Source: Vicugna vicugna
Lineage: Eukaryota
Direction of reading: 5' to 3'
NCBI GenBank assembly: GCA_013265495.1
Contig: MU058533.1
Location: 1-64,000, forward strand
DNA: 64,000 nt
Part shown: positions 35,413 through 49,800 of the stretch, piece by piece
How positions within the stretch are numbered: the first letter of the stretch is position 1
Layout: each line of letters opens with the position of its first letter
Made by a program: the position numbers and the translations under genes
Notes under the pieces: model-generated
Told to the model about the DNA's origin: nothing
Database searches by the model: none
The model's input: only the letters and a program-made list of their open reading frames with translations

Positions 35413-36696
35413 AAGACTCAATATTGTTAAGATGTTAAGTCTCCTCAAACTGATCTACAGATTCTAAGAAATCACAATCAGAGGAGGACTTTTTGTAGAA
35501 GTAGATAAGCTGATTATAAAATTTACATGAAAATGCAAAGGACTTAGAATAGTCAAAATTTTTCTGAAAAGGAAAAATGTAGCTGAAGGATTTACAATAC
35601 CCCTTTCAAGACATGCTATAAAACAATAGGAATCATAATAGTGTGGTATTGGCCAAAGACTAGACACAGAAATCAATGGAACAGAAGAGATTCTGTATTA
35701 AAAAACAAAACAAAACAAAACATGCAGGGCAGGTCAATGCACAAGGATAGTCTTTTCAATAAATGGTACTGGAAAAATTGGATATCTATATGCAACAACA
35801 ACAACAAAAAGCCAAACCCATACCTCACCATATACAAAATTTTACTTAATATGGATCATAGAACTAAATGATGCAAAAATGTAAAACTTTTAGAAGAAAA
35901 AAGGAAGAGAATCTTTGTGGCCTTAGGTTAGACAAAGAATTCTTATATACAACACCATAAGCATGATCGTGAAAACTTGATAAATTGCACTTTACAAAAA
36001 TTTTAAAATTTTGCTCTGTGAAATAAATTTAAGATAAGGTAAAGATCTGCCACACACTAGGAAAAAAGACTTGCAAATCACAAAGGACTTGTATGCAAAA
36101 TATATAAAGAACTCTTAAAATTCAACAATCAGAAGGTAAATAATCCAAAGAAAATTAATGGGGGAAAGATATGACCAGGTACTTTACCAAAGAAAATATA
36201 TGAATGGCAAAAAGGCACAAGAAAAAATGTTCAACATCGTAGTCATTAGGAAATGCAAACTAAAATCACGGTCATATATCATTGCACACCAGTAAGAACG
36301 GCTGGGGGAAAACTGACACTGCCTGTTAGTATGTGGATCAACTAGAACTCTCATACATTAATGACAGAAATTTCAAAAGACACAGACACCTTCAGAAAAC
36401 AGTATGGAGATCTCTCAAAAAATTAAAAATAAGACAACATATAACCATATAATCCAGGAAAACTGAAACCAGGATCTCATAGAGATATCTGCACTCCCAT
36501 GTTCACTGAAACATTATTCATAACAGCCAAGATATGGAAACAACCTAAGTGTCCTTCAGTGGGTGAAGATGTGGTAAACATGTACAATGGACTGTTATTC
36601 AGCCATGAGAAAGAAAGAAAACCCGCTCGTTTGTGACAATGTGGATGGACCTTGAGGACATTATGCTAAGTGCAACAAGCTAGAGAAAGACAAACA

Positions 36697-37015
36697 CAGG
36701 CAGCCCTCCATGTCTGTGGGTTCTGCATCCGCACAGATTCAACCAACTGTGGATTAAGAATATACAAGGAGGGAAACTTCAAAAAGCAAAACTTGGATTT
36801 TCTGCACACCAGCTACTATTTACATAACATATACCTTTAACTATGTATTATGAGTAATCTAGAGATTATTTAAATCATACAGGAGAAAATGCATAAGTTA
36901 AATGCAAATACCACACCATTTTATATGAGGGACTTGAGCATCCCTGGATTTTAGTATCCACGGGGAGTCCTGGAACCAATCTCCTACCACCCCCGCAGAT
37001 ACCGAGGGAGAAGTG
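36697..37015 (-). mobile_element. MER2-like (TcMar-Tigger) DNA transposon
   Basis: GGGACTTGAGCATCC...CCTGGAACCAATC...GATACCGAGGGA is the reverse of the recalled MER2 start, with a TA flank. Confidence 0.7.
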
Positions 37016-38188
37016 TACTGTATGATATCACTTACATGTGGAACCTAAAAAAGACAAATTCAAAGAAACAAAGAGTAGAGTGGTGGTTACCAGGGTTTGG
37101 GGGAGTGGGAGACATGGGGAGATATTGGTCAAAGTGTTCATTTATAAGATTAACAAGTTTGGGAATCTAATGTACAATATGGTGATTATAGCAATGAACA
37201 TCTGTACACAAATATTCATAGTAGCTTTGTTCAGTACAGCACAAAACTGAAAACAATCCACACATCCTCCAAATGATGAAGAAAACATGGCCCATCCATA
37301 CTATGGAATGTTACTTAACAATAAAAAGAAACAAAGTATTAATGCAGACAACATGGATGAATCATAAATGCATTGTTAAGTGAAAGAAGCCAGACTATAG
37401 GGGTGGAGAATGGATCAGTGTTTGGCAGTAGTTAGGCTGAAAGGCTTTTGACTACCAAGGGTGACAATTTTAGTGGTGGTTACACAACTCTAGGCATTTG
37501 CCAAAACTCAGAACGTCTACACCAAATACAGAAAACCTTACTTTTTTGAAAATTTTCTAAATGTACACAGAGTTTTAAGATGAGGCAGAGGGTAACTAAG
37601 CACATATATTATCTGGATAAATACACTATGAAATGATATGCACAAAGTGCTTACCTAAAGATGAGAAAACTGGGAAAATGAAGGACCTATGGAAGATGGC
37701 TATTTTTCACTGTGCATTTTATTTTTTACATGAGTGAATGTATTTCCTGTCAAAAGTATTCCATATAAAAATTTAGGCACCACCCACCAAAGAGTCTCAT
37801 CTGGTAAGCCCGCAGGTGTTCTCCAGATGATCTGATGTACCTCGGGCTGAAACACACCTTGAAGATCATTTCTCTGGAAGGTAAGGCATGACCTCTGAAA
37901 ACAAGCTGACCAAACTTACCTCTACCCCACCACTCATCAGCTGAGCGACCTTGGTTAAGTAAATCTCTCCAATGCATAATACTGGTGTGAGGATGAAATC
38001 ATTGTTTACCTGGGGGACCTGAAGTGTCATCACCTTCTCCTTTCCAATGGTCTACTTCTGTTAATAGGACTAAAAACATCAATGTCTATGGAGTCATCAG
38101 GACTTAAGTGTTGAATGGAAAGTGTTTAAGCACACTCACATCTTACATGAGTGTATGTGTATCTATTGTTATAAAAATGAAATTTCTA

Positions 38189-38329
38189 GGGGGTGGGTAT
38201 AGCTCAGTGGTAGAGTGTGCGCTTAGCATGCAAGAGGTCCTGGGTTCAATTGTCAGTATCTCCACTAAAAAAAAAAAAGATTAAATAAATAAACCTAATT
38301 GACCCCCAGATTAAAAAAATAAATAATTT
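38189..38329 (+). mobile_element. tRNA-derived SINE (Vic-1-like)
   Basis: GGGTATAGCTCAGTGGTAGAG...GGGTTCAAT, TSD TAAAAATGAAWTTTCTA. Confidence 0.85.
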
Positions 38330-38624
38330 TAAAAATGAATTTTCTACACCAAAAGTTATTTGATTTAAAGTAACTCAATTTATCATTGGCAGTGATATCT
38401 CAAGCCATCAAGGTGAATAAAGATAATTCTTGCAAAGTGAGACAAACTAAATTATTTTCTAACATAATGTCATTTAAAAAAAATAAAGAGTGGTTTGAAT
38501 ACTTAACACATAAAGGTTTAAAAAAAACCCAAGATGATGATTTTATGTTGTGGAAGGAGGTTCACGATATATTATTATATGAAAAACCCAGATTAACAAG
38601 AAAAGTGTATGATAAAATAGCATT

Positions 38625-39375
38625 TCTTTGATTGAGGTAAAATTCACATAACATAAAATTCACCACTTTGACTATTATAAACTGTTTGATTCCTTGCATC
38701 TAATACATTCACAGTATATGCAACCATCACCTCTATCTAGTTCCAAGATATTTGCATCACCTGAAAAGGAAACATCATACCCATTAGCAGTCATTCTCTA
38801 TTTCCCTCCCCACCCTCCAGCTCTTGGAACTATCTCTATGGATTTGCCTGTTCTGCACATTTCATGTAAATAAAATCATATAATATGTGACTTTCTGTGT
38901 CTGACTCTTTTTACTTAACATAATGCTTTCAAAGTTCATCCATGTTACATGTCTCCATTCTTCATTCTTTTTTATGACTCAGTTATCGTCCTTGTTAAGA
39001 TATACCACATCCTATTTACCCATTCATCTGTTAATGGATATTTACAAGTGTACAAGTTTTTGTTTGAACACCTGTTTTCAATTCTTTTGGATACATACCT
39101 TAGTGTGGGATTGCTGGGTCACAGGGTAATTCTAGGTTTAATTTATTGAGGAAACACCAGACTGTTTTCCACAGTGGTCACACCATTTTACATTTCCAAC
39201 AGCAATGTGTGAGAATTCCAATTACCCCATGTCCTCACCAACACTTGTTATTTTCCATTTTTTGTATTCTTGCCATCCTAGTAGATGTGAAGTGGTATCA
39301 CACTGTGGCATTGATCTGCATTTCCCTAAGGACTAATGATGTTGAGCATCTTTCCATGTGCTTGTTAGTCAGTAA
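38625..39375 (-). mobile_element. Old L1 3' region, reverse strand
   Basis: TTGAGGTAAAATTCACATAACATAAAATTCACC...TGATGTTGAGCATCTTTCCATGTGC. Confidence 0.8.
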
Positions 39376-40627
39376 AATAGCATTTTTAAAAAAGGAGATT
39401 ACATGTAAGTGTAATACATTTAGATGTAAATTCAAAATTTTACTTGTATTAGGATTACATATAAATTTAAAATTTGGCATTATATGGGAGAGAATATGGA
39501 CGGTGATTAGTTTGACGTGTTTGGATTATGGATATGGTTGTATTTTTTACTTTTTATTATTTGCATTTTCTTCTATGACTAGGTATCATTTGAAGGAAAA
39601 GAAAAACATTTTAAATAAGAACTCTGAAGGCAAAGAAAAACAAATGGGGTTTTCATCTTAGAATATATTAAATATTTATTCATTGCATGTTACAGGGTTT
39701 CTTTCTTATTTTGCAGCCAGTAAGTCTTCTGGCCCCTAACCTCTAGGCTCCTGAAAAGCTCTGAGGCTAGGACTCTATCCCAGGACCCCCAACGGCCTGA
39801 ACGGGGAGAGTCCTAGGGCAACCGCTGTCCCTGGTGCTGAAGGGCCCCCAACCTGCCTCCCCATCTCCCACCACCCTCCTCCACCTTCCTCTCACTATTG
39901 TGTACCCTCTTGACCTCCACTTCCTAGAACATCTAGGTGAAAATGAAGTCCTGCCTCTCTGAGGGGGAAAAATGTTTTTTTCAGGCTATCTTCACATCAA
40001 ACCCCCTTGCAACTATTAACAGATGTAACTGTGGAGATTTTGAATTTACTGAATCTTCTAATGATAGTTTTCTTCAACAGTAAGTTCCTACACTTCCCGA
40101 AACTTAAATATAACTTTTGTGACTTTAAAACATTTTAAATTTGAGAAAGTGGTGCAAAAAGTAGGGAGGAAATTAACTCTTATTGAGTACTGATGCTTAC
40201 CAGATACAGAATCAGTCATTTTGCGCATGCTTGCTTATTCAACTCCACAACAGCACAATAAGGTGGCTACTATTATGTGATAAAGGAACTGAGGCTTAGA
40301 GAGGTAAACGATTTCCCCTAAGCCGAACAGCTAGTAGATGGCAGACTGGGATGGTGACCTTGGTGGTATAACTGCAGGGAATGGTGGATCCAGGGTCATC
40401 TGACCCTGACTGCATCTAGCTCTCTGTTTCATCTTCCCTAAAAAGTAGTCTTGTCCTCGTGGACAAGGACAAGATGGAGCTTCAGCTCCACATCAATCCC
40501 CCACTACCCCGTCCCCCAGGTTCACTCCCTGGATCCTCACAGGCCACGCCACCACCCTGGATCCTCACAGGCCCCAAGGGCCCCCTGCTGGTTCTAGACG
40601 AGGCTCAGGCAGGGGTGACAGCACAGT

Positions 40628-40633
40628 TTTATT
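40628..40633 (-). terminator. Probable polyadenylation signal (AATAAA) of gene B
   Basis: tttatt on the + strand, about 65 nt past the stop codon. Confidence 0.65.
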
Positions 40634-40696
40634 CCTAGGAATCTGCAAAGTGAGGTGTTTCATGTCAGCGTGGATCCCAGGCCAGGAGGTAGTGGA

Positions 40697-40874
40697 TCAT
40701 TGCTGTCCTGCGCTCAGTGGCTCCACCCGCAGCCAAAGTCCGCCCTCTGCGCGCAGGATCAGCTCCGGCAACCTGCGCGGCTCCTCCTCATCCGGCAGGA
40801 CGCGGAAGCGCAGCAGCGTGAGCGCTAGGACCACCTTCATCTCAGTCATGGCAAACGTCTGCCCAATGCAGTTC
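40697..40874 (-). CDS. CYP4F: Gene B E13 coding part (178 nt; NCIGQTFAM...EPLSAGQQ*)
   Basis: cag acceptor, heme Cys, TGA at 40699-40697. Confidence 0.93.
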
Positions 40875-43800
40875 CTGTGGCAGGATGGGGGATGACTGCA
40901 CCTGGGACCCCTATCAGGTCTCGTCATGACCAGAAACCATCTGGGACACCCATCCCCTTCTGCAGGGTTAGAGAAGGAGTCTAACCGTGCCTGAGACCCC
41001 TAGGTGGGCTTCCATGTTCCCTGAGACCCACTACCATCCTCACCCCAACCCCGCCTCACACACGCGCTGGCCTTACCTGGGCCCCGCTGAAAAGGGAATA
41101 AAAGCCAGAGGTGATCTCTTCAGGGGGGTTTCTGGATCAAAGCGAAAAGGATTGTATACCTGGAGGCAGAGAGAGGCTGGGCTGCTGGGTGGGCTTTCTC
41201 AGGATACCCAGACACCCCTAAAAAAGACAGATGTGGATAGAGTGGAGGGGGGAATGTCTGATTTCCCCTGTGGTGGACGCACTTCAGGGTCCGGCCAGAC
41301 TGACGGGTTGTGATGAATCCCAAAGATGCTGATGACACAGATGTTCCCTATTGGGGAGGAGAGGACAGTCAGGACAAGGTCTCAGCTGATAGGGCCATCA
41401 CCTTCCTCCCCTTGTCATTTTGGGTACCTTTGGGGATGACCCGGCCATCTGGTAGCACAATGTCCTGGGTACAGCAGCGGGAGATGACTGTGACTGGAGG
41501 ATGCAACCGCAGACTCTCCTTGATGCACATGGTCAGGAAAGGCAACTGGGTCAGGTCATCCCTAAGGAACCCCCATGACAATTATCCAGGGGCAAAAACA
41601 GAGACTCCCCCCACCAAGCCCTTCTGCTGCCATGTGAGACCCTCTCTCTGCCTCCCTCTGTCCCTCACTCCTATAACAAAATCAATTCCAGATGGATCAA
41701 AGATTTAGGCATTAGAATATCAAAACCACAGAAGTTACTAGAAGAAAACAGCCTGGTATTTTTAGAAGCATTTCTGAGCAAAACACAACATTTCAGAGGG
41801 TATCCTTTGAAGTGTTAATATATTTGCATTTAAAAGCTTTTTGAATTATATAAATAGCTTAAAATGAAAAAAAGAATCTCTGTCATGGACTTATAAGGTT
41901 ATTGGAATGAGTAAGATCTACTCCACAATCTAGGGTGAGATGACCTAATATTATTAAGGTGTCAGTTCTTTCTAAATTAATCAACATATTCAATGTAATC
42001 CAATAAAAATTTTAGTTTGGTTTCTTTGGGTGGGCAGGGGGAACTTAGTAATCTTACTCAATTTGAATTAAAGTTCATCAAGAACTAGGTCAATCTGAAA
42101 ATACAAGATCAAAGAAGAATCCAATCTACCAGATAGTAAGACCTACTACAAAAGTGTAGTAATGAAAAAAAAAAAAAAAACCAGCGTGGTATTGTTGCAA
42201 GAACAGGAAAACAGACCCATGGGGAGAGAGAGAGCTCGAAGATGGTACATGAATATGTAAGAACATCATCTGGCAAAGAAGCCCTAGAAAACCCTGGGCA
42301 GCAGATGGATAGTTTGGTAGAAGGTATGCAGATAACTGGTGATGTAGAAATAAAAAAACCCCAAATCCTCATCTACTCCATATACAAAGTAGTGTCCCCT
42401 CTTACATGTGACAGGTAAAACCATGAAGTAAAAAAAAAAGATAATGTAGGAAGCATCTCCGTGATTTAGGAGTAGGAAAGAATCCTTAAAACCCCAAAAG
42501 CACAAGCTGGAAGACAAAAAGAAATGAATAAATATGCACAGAAGCAAGGATTTCTTTTTAATAAAAGACACCATGGACCAAATTAACATTCAGATGAGAT
42601 ATCTGCAATAAATGTTCAGATATTAGAACAATTATCTTGAATATACAAGGAGTTTCTGCAAATCAACAAGAGAGAGGACAGGTCTCTAAGCGAAAAGTAG
42701 GCAGAGGACACCATCTAGGAATTCATGGAATTTCAAATGGAGATTTCAAACATGAAGAGATGCTCAAAGTCACTGATTTTCAGAGAAATGGAAATTTGAT
42801 AGCAGTGAGATGTTACTTCACATCTATTCGGGGTGAGAATTAACAAGGTGGGTACTGGTAAGGAGTGGCTGGGGTGTGGGGTAGAGTGATATGCACTGAT
42901 ATGTGGAGGTGTGGACAGGGACCACCACACGGGAGGACATCAGCGTGGTCAAGGAAAGGCAATGTGTGATTTACAGTCCAGCAAGCTGGCTCCTGGGTTT
43001 CTATCCCAGAGAGATTCTCAGACAGGTGAATAAAGTCACATACACAAAGACATTCATTGCAGTGATGAGATGGAAGCAGCCTGGATATCCAGCACTAAGG
43101 GATTGGAGAGGAAAGTTTATGATGCTTCAAAGTAATTATCTAAATGGACGTGGAACCATGGATGTCTAATAAAATCATAGCGCTACATTTCTGAAAAGGG
43201 TAAGAACCATCATGAAATCTGTGATGTAATACATAATTGTGAATTTTAAAATGCATCCACTCAGAACAACAAATTATACAAACAAAAGGACTGGGCTCTC
43301 TAGAATCACATCGTTGGAGGACTGGACGTGAAGATTTGGGATGACTGGAAATGAATAAGTTTTGAATGGGAAAATGATGACAATTAATCATGTGTCGAGG
43401 AGCACAATCAACTCCATCCTTGACAACTGAGGTCCAAAATCCTAATTAATTAAAAATTTCAAGAATATATTTTGAACTACCCAAACTGATCCTGAGGATT
43501 CAAATGGAAAAACAAGGATGCAAGAGAAAAATTGTAAAAGCTGTGCAGTGAGGTAGGACTGACCAACTTTGTCACATATGAAAATGTTTTTTAAAGTATG
43601 GTAAATGAAGACTGCTTGGTGCTTATGTATTAATATATAACTAAATAGAACAGAATAGAGTTCAGAAATAGACCCAAACATATAAATAAATGTAGTTTAT
43701 TGTGAAGCTATTATTTAGAATCCTAAGACAAATACAAAATATTCACTTAAATTCTGCTGGGACGATTAGGTAGCTATTTGGAGAAAAAAAATAGATGCCT

Positions 43801-46800
43801 ACTTCAGTACTTATATCAGTATAGATTTCATATGGAACAAAGGATTAAATATTTTAAAACAATAAAAAATTAAATAAATAAAATTAAATTTTTTATAAAA
43901 TCTTTTTTAAATAAATATATCCATTAGAGGAAAACAAACAAGAGTTTTACATTTTAATCTCACAGTATGAAAGGCTTTTCCAAGAATGATTTTTAAAAAG
44001 ACACAGAAACTGTAAAAGACAAAAATTAATAAATTTGACTACAAATAAATGAACCAAAATGAAAATAAAGTCAAAAGACAATCTGGGGACTAATTCTTGC
44101 ATAACAGAAAAGAACTAATTTTCTTTATATTTAAAGAAATATAATTTCTTTATATTTAAATAAGTCAGTAAGGAAAAAAAAACTAGAAAAAAACCTCAAA
44201 GTAAAAAAGACAAATTTAGCGAACTGAAACTCCACAGAAAAAGAAACATGCATGGTTGTTTAAAATGTGAAAATGGTAATCAACTTTACTCATACTTAAA
44301 GTACTGTTTACTAAAGTAACAAAGTATTATATTTCACCTAGCAGAATGGCAAATTTTTATGTTTTATAATGCATGCTATCAGTGAAGATACAAAGAAATT
44401 GACACTCTCAAAATCTGTTTGTAGGAGCAGATTTTCCAAGAGCTATTAAATTGTAAAACTCAAATGGTCTTTGATCCATAACACCACTTCTAGGAATGTG
44501 TCCTAGAGAGACATTCATACATATAAGCTAAATAGATTTTCACTACATCATGTTTATTATAGCAAAAGGCTGGAAACTATACAAATGTCCATTGATAGGG
44601 GAATATTTAGAGAAATTATGGTCTATCCATATGATGGAACACTATACAGCTATCAAAAAGGGAAATATAGAGATCAACTAGTCCATCACACCCTGCAGGG
44701 TAAATCAATACAGAGATGCTAAAAGGCAATTTGGCAATATCTGTTATAATTGAAAATGTTTACATAAATGTCCCCAACAGAAGCATCCTAGGTAAATAAA
44801 GCAATGCTATTTACCCTCAGTGAGAAGGACTGCTGAGACAGATTATTGAGTGAAAAGAACAAGTGACCAAATGTGTCTGTATTTATATTAAACTGTAATA
44901 ACCTAATGTGATGCAGGATGTTTCATGTTGTGTCAAAAGAGAAAAACCATTCTCATTATTGACTTTGCAATTCAAATTTAATTTTCTGAAACTTAAGAAA
45001 GGAACTTGAAGTTATCTTGTCAACATGCATGCATGAATGCTCTGCATATACTCTCAGTTGTAGAGAGACAAGACAGAATGAATAAGGTGAGAGAGACTGA
45101 ACCGATAAATGTAGGTATAGACTGAACAAGGTCTGGAAGGACAGAGGAAACCATTGAAGGAAGGGAATGGGTTTAGGATACTGGCATGACAGAGGCTTAT
45201 GTGAGGTGATGGATGTATTAACTAAGTTTATCGTGATCATTTTACAATATATACATATATCAAATCATCATGTTGTACACCTTAAACTTACATAATGTTA
45301 TATGTCAATTATTTCTCAATAAATCTGGGCGTGGGAGGAGGCTTCGTTGTAAAGTCCATTGTACTATTTGGATTTTTACCGAGTGCATAATTTTTTGAAG
45401 TTGGGAGAATCAAAAAAAATTTTTCTACCTCACAGGACTGCTGTGCCGAGCAAAGCCTTGAAGTTGAGGGCACTATCTCTAAAATGTTTGTCCAGTCCAA
45501 CACTTCCTCTCCATCCTTCAGTCCTTGGCCCAGAACCTTCCCCTCTGGACCCTCAGACTGCAGCTCACCCCCTCCAGTTTGCCCCTGTAGCTGCAAGGAG
45601 ATATTTCTAACATTCATATCTGCCCTGCCTCTCCCCTACTCAAACATCTCCCATGGCTCCCCATTGCCCTCCAATGTTAGTCATAGATCTCCCTTCAAGA
45701 AAGAACTTGCCATATAGCTGCAAGGAGTGCCATTAGCTGACCACCTCCAGCTATAGGGCCTCTGGGTTCTGCCACAGACTTCAAGCCAAGGCCACACTTT
45801 CCTGGGCAGCCCGTAGTCAAAGACTGAACACAGTGGGCCTCTTCTGCCTGACCATTTCTGTCCAGTGTTACACACTCCTCATGGCAGCATCCCTGCCACG
45901 TCTATCTTTTATTCAATATTGGCTCCCCAAAGGACTTGAACTGACACCTTTGAAAACTTTTAACGTGGTTTCCAAAGCACTCCAAGAAGGGCTTCCATTA
46001 ACAGCTCCAGCTTTACTGGGGGCCTCTCTGATCCTCACACTGTATATTTCACAAGGATCCAGCCACCTTTACCCCATCCCAGACATTTCAGGCTCACTCC
46101 TGCATGCTTCCATCCTGGCCTTTGCACAAGCTGCCCCCTTGGCCTGGCCACTGTCCACTACCCACATTCAGGGTGGTGAATTCATGTTCAGTGCTTCACT
46201 ATCAGTCCTCACCTCCTTTCCTCTCTGGCCCAGCCTTGTCCATGTAGGACTTGAATGGAACTAGACCGTGAGTTGGGAAAGGAGCAGTATAGACATGTTT
46301 ACTCAACAAAAAGATGGATAGAATTTTTTACCCCCAAAGATCTCTTGTGAATCCCTGGAGTAGACTCTTAGGTAAGAACTAGAGAAAAGAGCAAAAATTA
46401 AGAGAAATAAGGGTCTTTGCTGGAGAAAATGCAACTTCAGGGAGAAAAGCAAGGGAGGTGAGAAGAAGTTTATATACTGAACATGTACTAGATGGCATCT
46501 GCTCTACACACATTGTCACAGTTCTCCAAGTGGCACTGTAAGGGAGAGATCCTCACCCCACCCAACCCCCATAGAAGAGAAAAGCGGTATTCAGAAAAGG
46601 GAATTGGTTTTTATTAAAGTCACATAGCAAGTCAGTGCAGCATTCATGCGGACACTTAGATCTTTCTATCCCAGAAGCCTGCAAACTTTCCCCAGCTATT
46701 CAGACTAGGTACCAGCCCCTGCCTCTGGGCTCTGCTCCTATTCCTACTAAGCAATAATGACAGAATCAACAAAGAGATCTTTCTACTTCCCCAGCCAGGG

Positions 46801-49800
46801 AGCAGAGCCCATGAGAGGGGCTCAGAAAAAGGCCATGAGGACTTGCACTCACCATTCAATCTCTTTAGGCTCACGGTCCCTCAGGAGTTCTTGCACCTCC
46901 TGCCGGCAGCGCTCCTGGTATTCAGGGTGCTTTGCAAGGTTGTAGAGGATCCAGGAGAGGCCGCTGGCTGTGGTGTCATGGCCTGAGGAGCAGACAGACA
47001 GGCGTGGGTCTACTTTAGCATCAGAGGATGGACAGCACCCTCCATTAAGGCCCTCCCACAAGGAAATGGGAAGGGTTGGGCGAGATGGGATGATCCAGGG
47101 CCCACGCACCAAGTCCCTGGGATGAAGAGACCCTGGCCTCTTCTGTAATCCCACATTGGGACACTCACCCTCAAACATGAAGGTGTCAGCCTCGGCTCGG
47201 ATGTCCTCATCTGACAGTTCCTTCCCATCTTCATCCTGGACAGGAAGCAAGATCCCCAAAATCACACCAGCTCTAAGGACACCTGAGTCTAGCCTGAAAT
47301 TGTCCCTGAAGCTCCATCATCCAAGCAGGATCCTTCCCTCTTCATCTCCAGAGCCCAGCTCACAGGCCCCCTCCCTGGTCTCCTTCTTCCTGTTTACTCC
47401 TTCCAGGCAGCCTTCTGCACAGTCCTGTCAAAAACTTATCTCTGACCTGTCCCCTCCCTTCCTCAAGCACCCTCTATGACTCCCTAGCACTCTCTGGATC
47501 AAGTCCAAGTTCTTTGATCTAAAATTGGAATTCAAGGCCCAGTCTACTTCTTGAATTTAGATCCCAGAGAAGCTGACCTTGGCCAGCAGGAGCACATCAA
47601 TGAAGTCCAAAGTCTTGGTCTTAGCCTTGGCCTGAAGCAAGTCATGGGAACCCTGACTAGTGAGGGTGCGGCGCCGCTCCTGGATGACGGCATCTGTGAA
47701 GTCGTGCACTAGGTTGCAGGCCCTCCGGAAGCGCTGCCCGTCAGGGGTGAGGTAGTACAGGAAGTCCATGTGCAGGAAGATCTGGTGGGTCCTTTTTGTC
47801 ACAAGGGCACTGAGCTCCAAGATGGCGGCAATATATTCGCTGGGTTTCCTACAGGGTCCAACCAGAGAGAGCCTTAGGAAGCAACCTCTTAACACACAGG
47901 GAACCTTGGGAGCACCTGCCAGCCAGTAACCAGGACCACATGCCATCCAGAAAAGAGTGTCCTCCAATCATGCTTCTCTCTCTGCCTCCCATCTCTGTGA
48001 GCTGCCACATGTCCTAGACCACAGGGCAGAGCTTGGGAATCATGCTCATCTTTCCTCTCTCCTACACAATATCTAGCCCTGCCATTCTTCCTCAGTTTCT
48101 CCCAAACCTGCCCCATTTTCTCCACCAAGCTCAAGATTCCTCCTCTCTGTGGTCTCCTTGCCTCCTGTGTCTACACATCAGCCAGTCTTCTCTCAAGTCA
48201 CATGACCAAGTTCAGCTTTGACCATGACCCTCATCTGCTCAAACACCTTCCATGGCTCCCTGGAAACCTCAGGATAAAGTTCATGTCCTCTTTGGCACTC
48301 CTCCAACTTCACATCCAAGGCGTCTCCACACTGTTGCACACACCTTGCTCATCCTAGCCCCCTGGCCTTTATCAAACATTTCTGCCTACTGGAAAGGATC
48401 GCTCCTTCTCTTTCCCTTCTCTGTCCTTCTATGTCCAGCTCTGACCCACCTCCTCCAGGAAGGCCCTTCTGATTGCCCTGGTCAGTCCTCCCTCCCCCAT
48501 CTACTCCCTTGGGTCTATGGCTTATGTTCCCAGGCCCTGGGCTGACACTCACTCTTGGCAATTGCTGTCGAAGCTGAAGACACATTTCTGCAGACTGTCC
48601 AGGGTCATGAGGCTGATGTGTTCAAACATGTCCAGACGAGTGTTGCCCTCTGAGGCCAGGCGCTGCCATTTGGCCTAGACAGAGAAGAGAGCAGAGCTGG
48701 GGCTGAGACCTCCCTCCTCTGAGTCTCTCCCCAACCTCAACCACCTAGATGGACTCCCTTAGCCCCCAAATCTTGGTCCTCTTACCCTAGACACCCATCC
48801 CCAGGGAAGACCAGGCTTGAGTGGGACTGGAAGCTGTTACTATCAAGACAGGAAGAGCCTACAGCTGGGAGTCAGGAGACCTGGGTTGAAGGTCCAGATC
48901 TGCCTCCTATGCTCTGTGTGCCTTCGGTCATCTCATTGCTTTCCACTGGGCTTTTCCACTGTCAAATTTTCAGTAACAGTTAAGATGACCTGCATTGATG
49001 TTGGGCAAACCAAATTAAAATTCCTGCTCCATCACACATAGCTCACTTACTAATGTGTGATCTTGGGCAAGCTCTCTAACCTGTCTGATCTTTCACTCCA
49101 TCATCTATAATATGGCAACTATAATCCACTCTTACACATAGGGCTGTGAAAATTAAGTTAGACAGCATATGCCATGGAAGTGGCACACTGTTTCTGATAT
49201 GCAGTAAGTGCTAAGTAATTGTTAGCTGCCATCATCCTCTTCATCAGTATCACAGTGGTAGACAACAGCAAACATGTCCTCGTTCCTTCGTCCCTCCCTA
49301 TACCCTCACTCTTTGCAATGAGATTTTGCAGCTCTTTCATCAGGAGGTGGAACCTCTGTCTCCACCTCTTGAATCTGAGCTGAGCATGAGACTTGCTTCA
49401 GTCAACAGAAGGTATATCCACAGGGTGCTAGATCTGAAACTAGTCTGCAAGAGGTACTGCGCATTTCTGCCCGCTGTCTTGGAGCCCAGTCTTCACCATT
49501 CATTTGAGCCCAGGCGAGCCTACTGGAGGATGAGGGACAAATACAGGAGTCCATTGTCCCACCAAAGCCATCCTAGACCAACTGACAGCTGGCCAAGCCC
49601 CAAACGTGTGTCAGAGCTGAAGCTGGTGCAGCAGAGCTGTCTACCAAACCCATCCATGACCATGGCCATGTGAGTGATTCCAGCCAAGATGCAGGAACAA
49701 TTCAACTGACTCATCATCTCATGAACAGTAATAAACGCTAATTCAAGTCCATGAGTTTTAAAGTGGTATATAATGCAGAAAAAACCACTATGCAATCTTC

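Larger units (their letters stand above)
34810..37560 (+). mobile_element. Old L1 ORF2/3' region with nested insertions
   Basis: Degenerate ORF2 (e.g. WYWPKTRHRNQWNR...LFNKWYWKNW), with a nested SINE, a second L1 3' end and MER2. Confidence 0.8.

Noticed and set aside
40527..40573. 19-bp direct repeat CCCTGGATCCTCACAGGCC (two copies) downstream of the gene B poly(A) signal
   Set aside because: This is a small local duplication with no evidence of function.
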